A stretch of 64,000 nucleotides of DNA, from the NCBI GenBank assembly GCA_040387325.1, contig JAZKDY010000076.1:6438-70437 (forward strand). The letters run 5' to 3'. Below the pieces are notes generated by a model that had not been told where the DNA came from, searched no databases, and saw only the letters and a list, made by a program, of their open reading frames with translations. Each line of letters opens with the position of its first letter. The stretch's first letter is position 1. Both the position numbers and the translations under genes were made by a program. Of this stretch, positions 63,976-64,000 are shown one piece after another. The stretch is from Pseudomonadota bacterium. Lineage in GTDB: Bacteria > Pseudomonadota > Gammaproteobacteria > Burkholderiales > Burkholderiaceae_C.

Positions 63976-64000
63976 ATGAAACAAGTTCAAGACGCCTACA
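63976..64000 (+). CDS. Acetyl-CoA C-acyltransferase (thiolase), 5' end
   Basis: AAGGAG RBS; MKQVQDAY.. start and operon position; only 8 codons visible. Confidence 0.6.

Overview
High-GC betaproteobacterial chromosome, most likely Comamonadaceae (Rhodoferax-like); this is inferred from gene content and gene order. Bases 1 to about 46,700 form a general/osmotic stress island. It encodes DUF3309, ElaB/YqjD-like, OmpA/DUF4398, a 2814-aa cyclic beta-1,2-glucan synthase, BON/OsmY proteins, an MCE/Mla-type ABC system, an OsmB-like lipoprotein, a betagamma-crystallin protein, cardiolipin synthase, OsmC, RcnB, CsbD, hemerythrin and KatE. A five-gene signalling operon sits inside it (CHASE3-PAS hybrid kinase, CheB-CheR-PAS fusion, PAS kinase, REC-PAS regulator, Crp/Fnr regulator). 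A LysR-GMC-alkylsulfatase module interrupts the island. Main observation: 15 copies of a 16-bp palindrome, nGTnCG-N4-CGnACn, lie upstream of almost every island transcription unit, and I found none in the intergenic DNA of the housekeeping part. They have CRP geometry (GT-N10-AC invariant) but a non-CRP, non-FNR sequence. At 13 of the 15 boxes a -10-like hexamer starts exactly 21 nt downstream (one more box has 20 nt; one has no convincing -10). That places the box centre at -41.5, the class II activation position. I infer an autoregulated Crp/Fnr-driven general stress regulon. A separate dispersed 54-bp element occurs four times, once in frame inside a histidine kinase gene. From about 46,700 onward the window is housekeeping: PhyH dioxygenase, orphan mlaF, lysR-lysA, ybaL, argB, a two-component pair, a lower-GC acyltransferase, slmA and a TetR-led beta-oxidation operon. 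No rRNA, tRNA, CRISPR array, integrase or transposase was seen.
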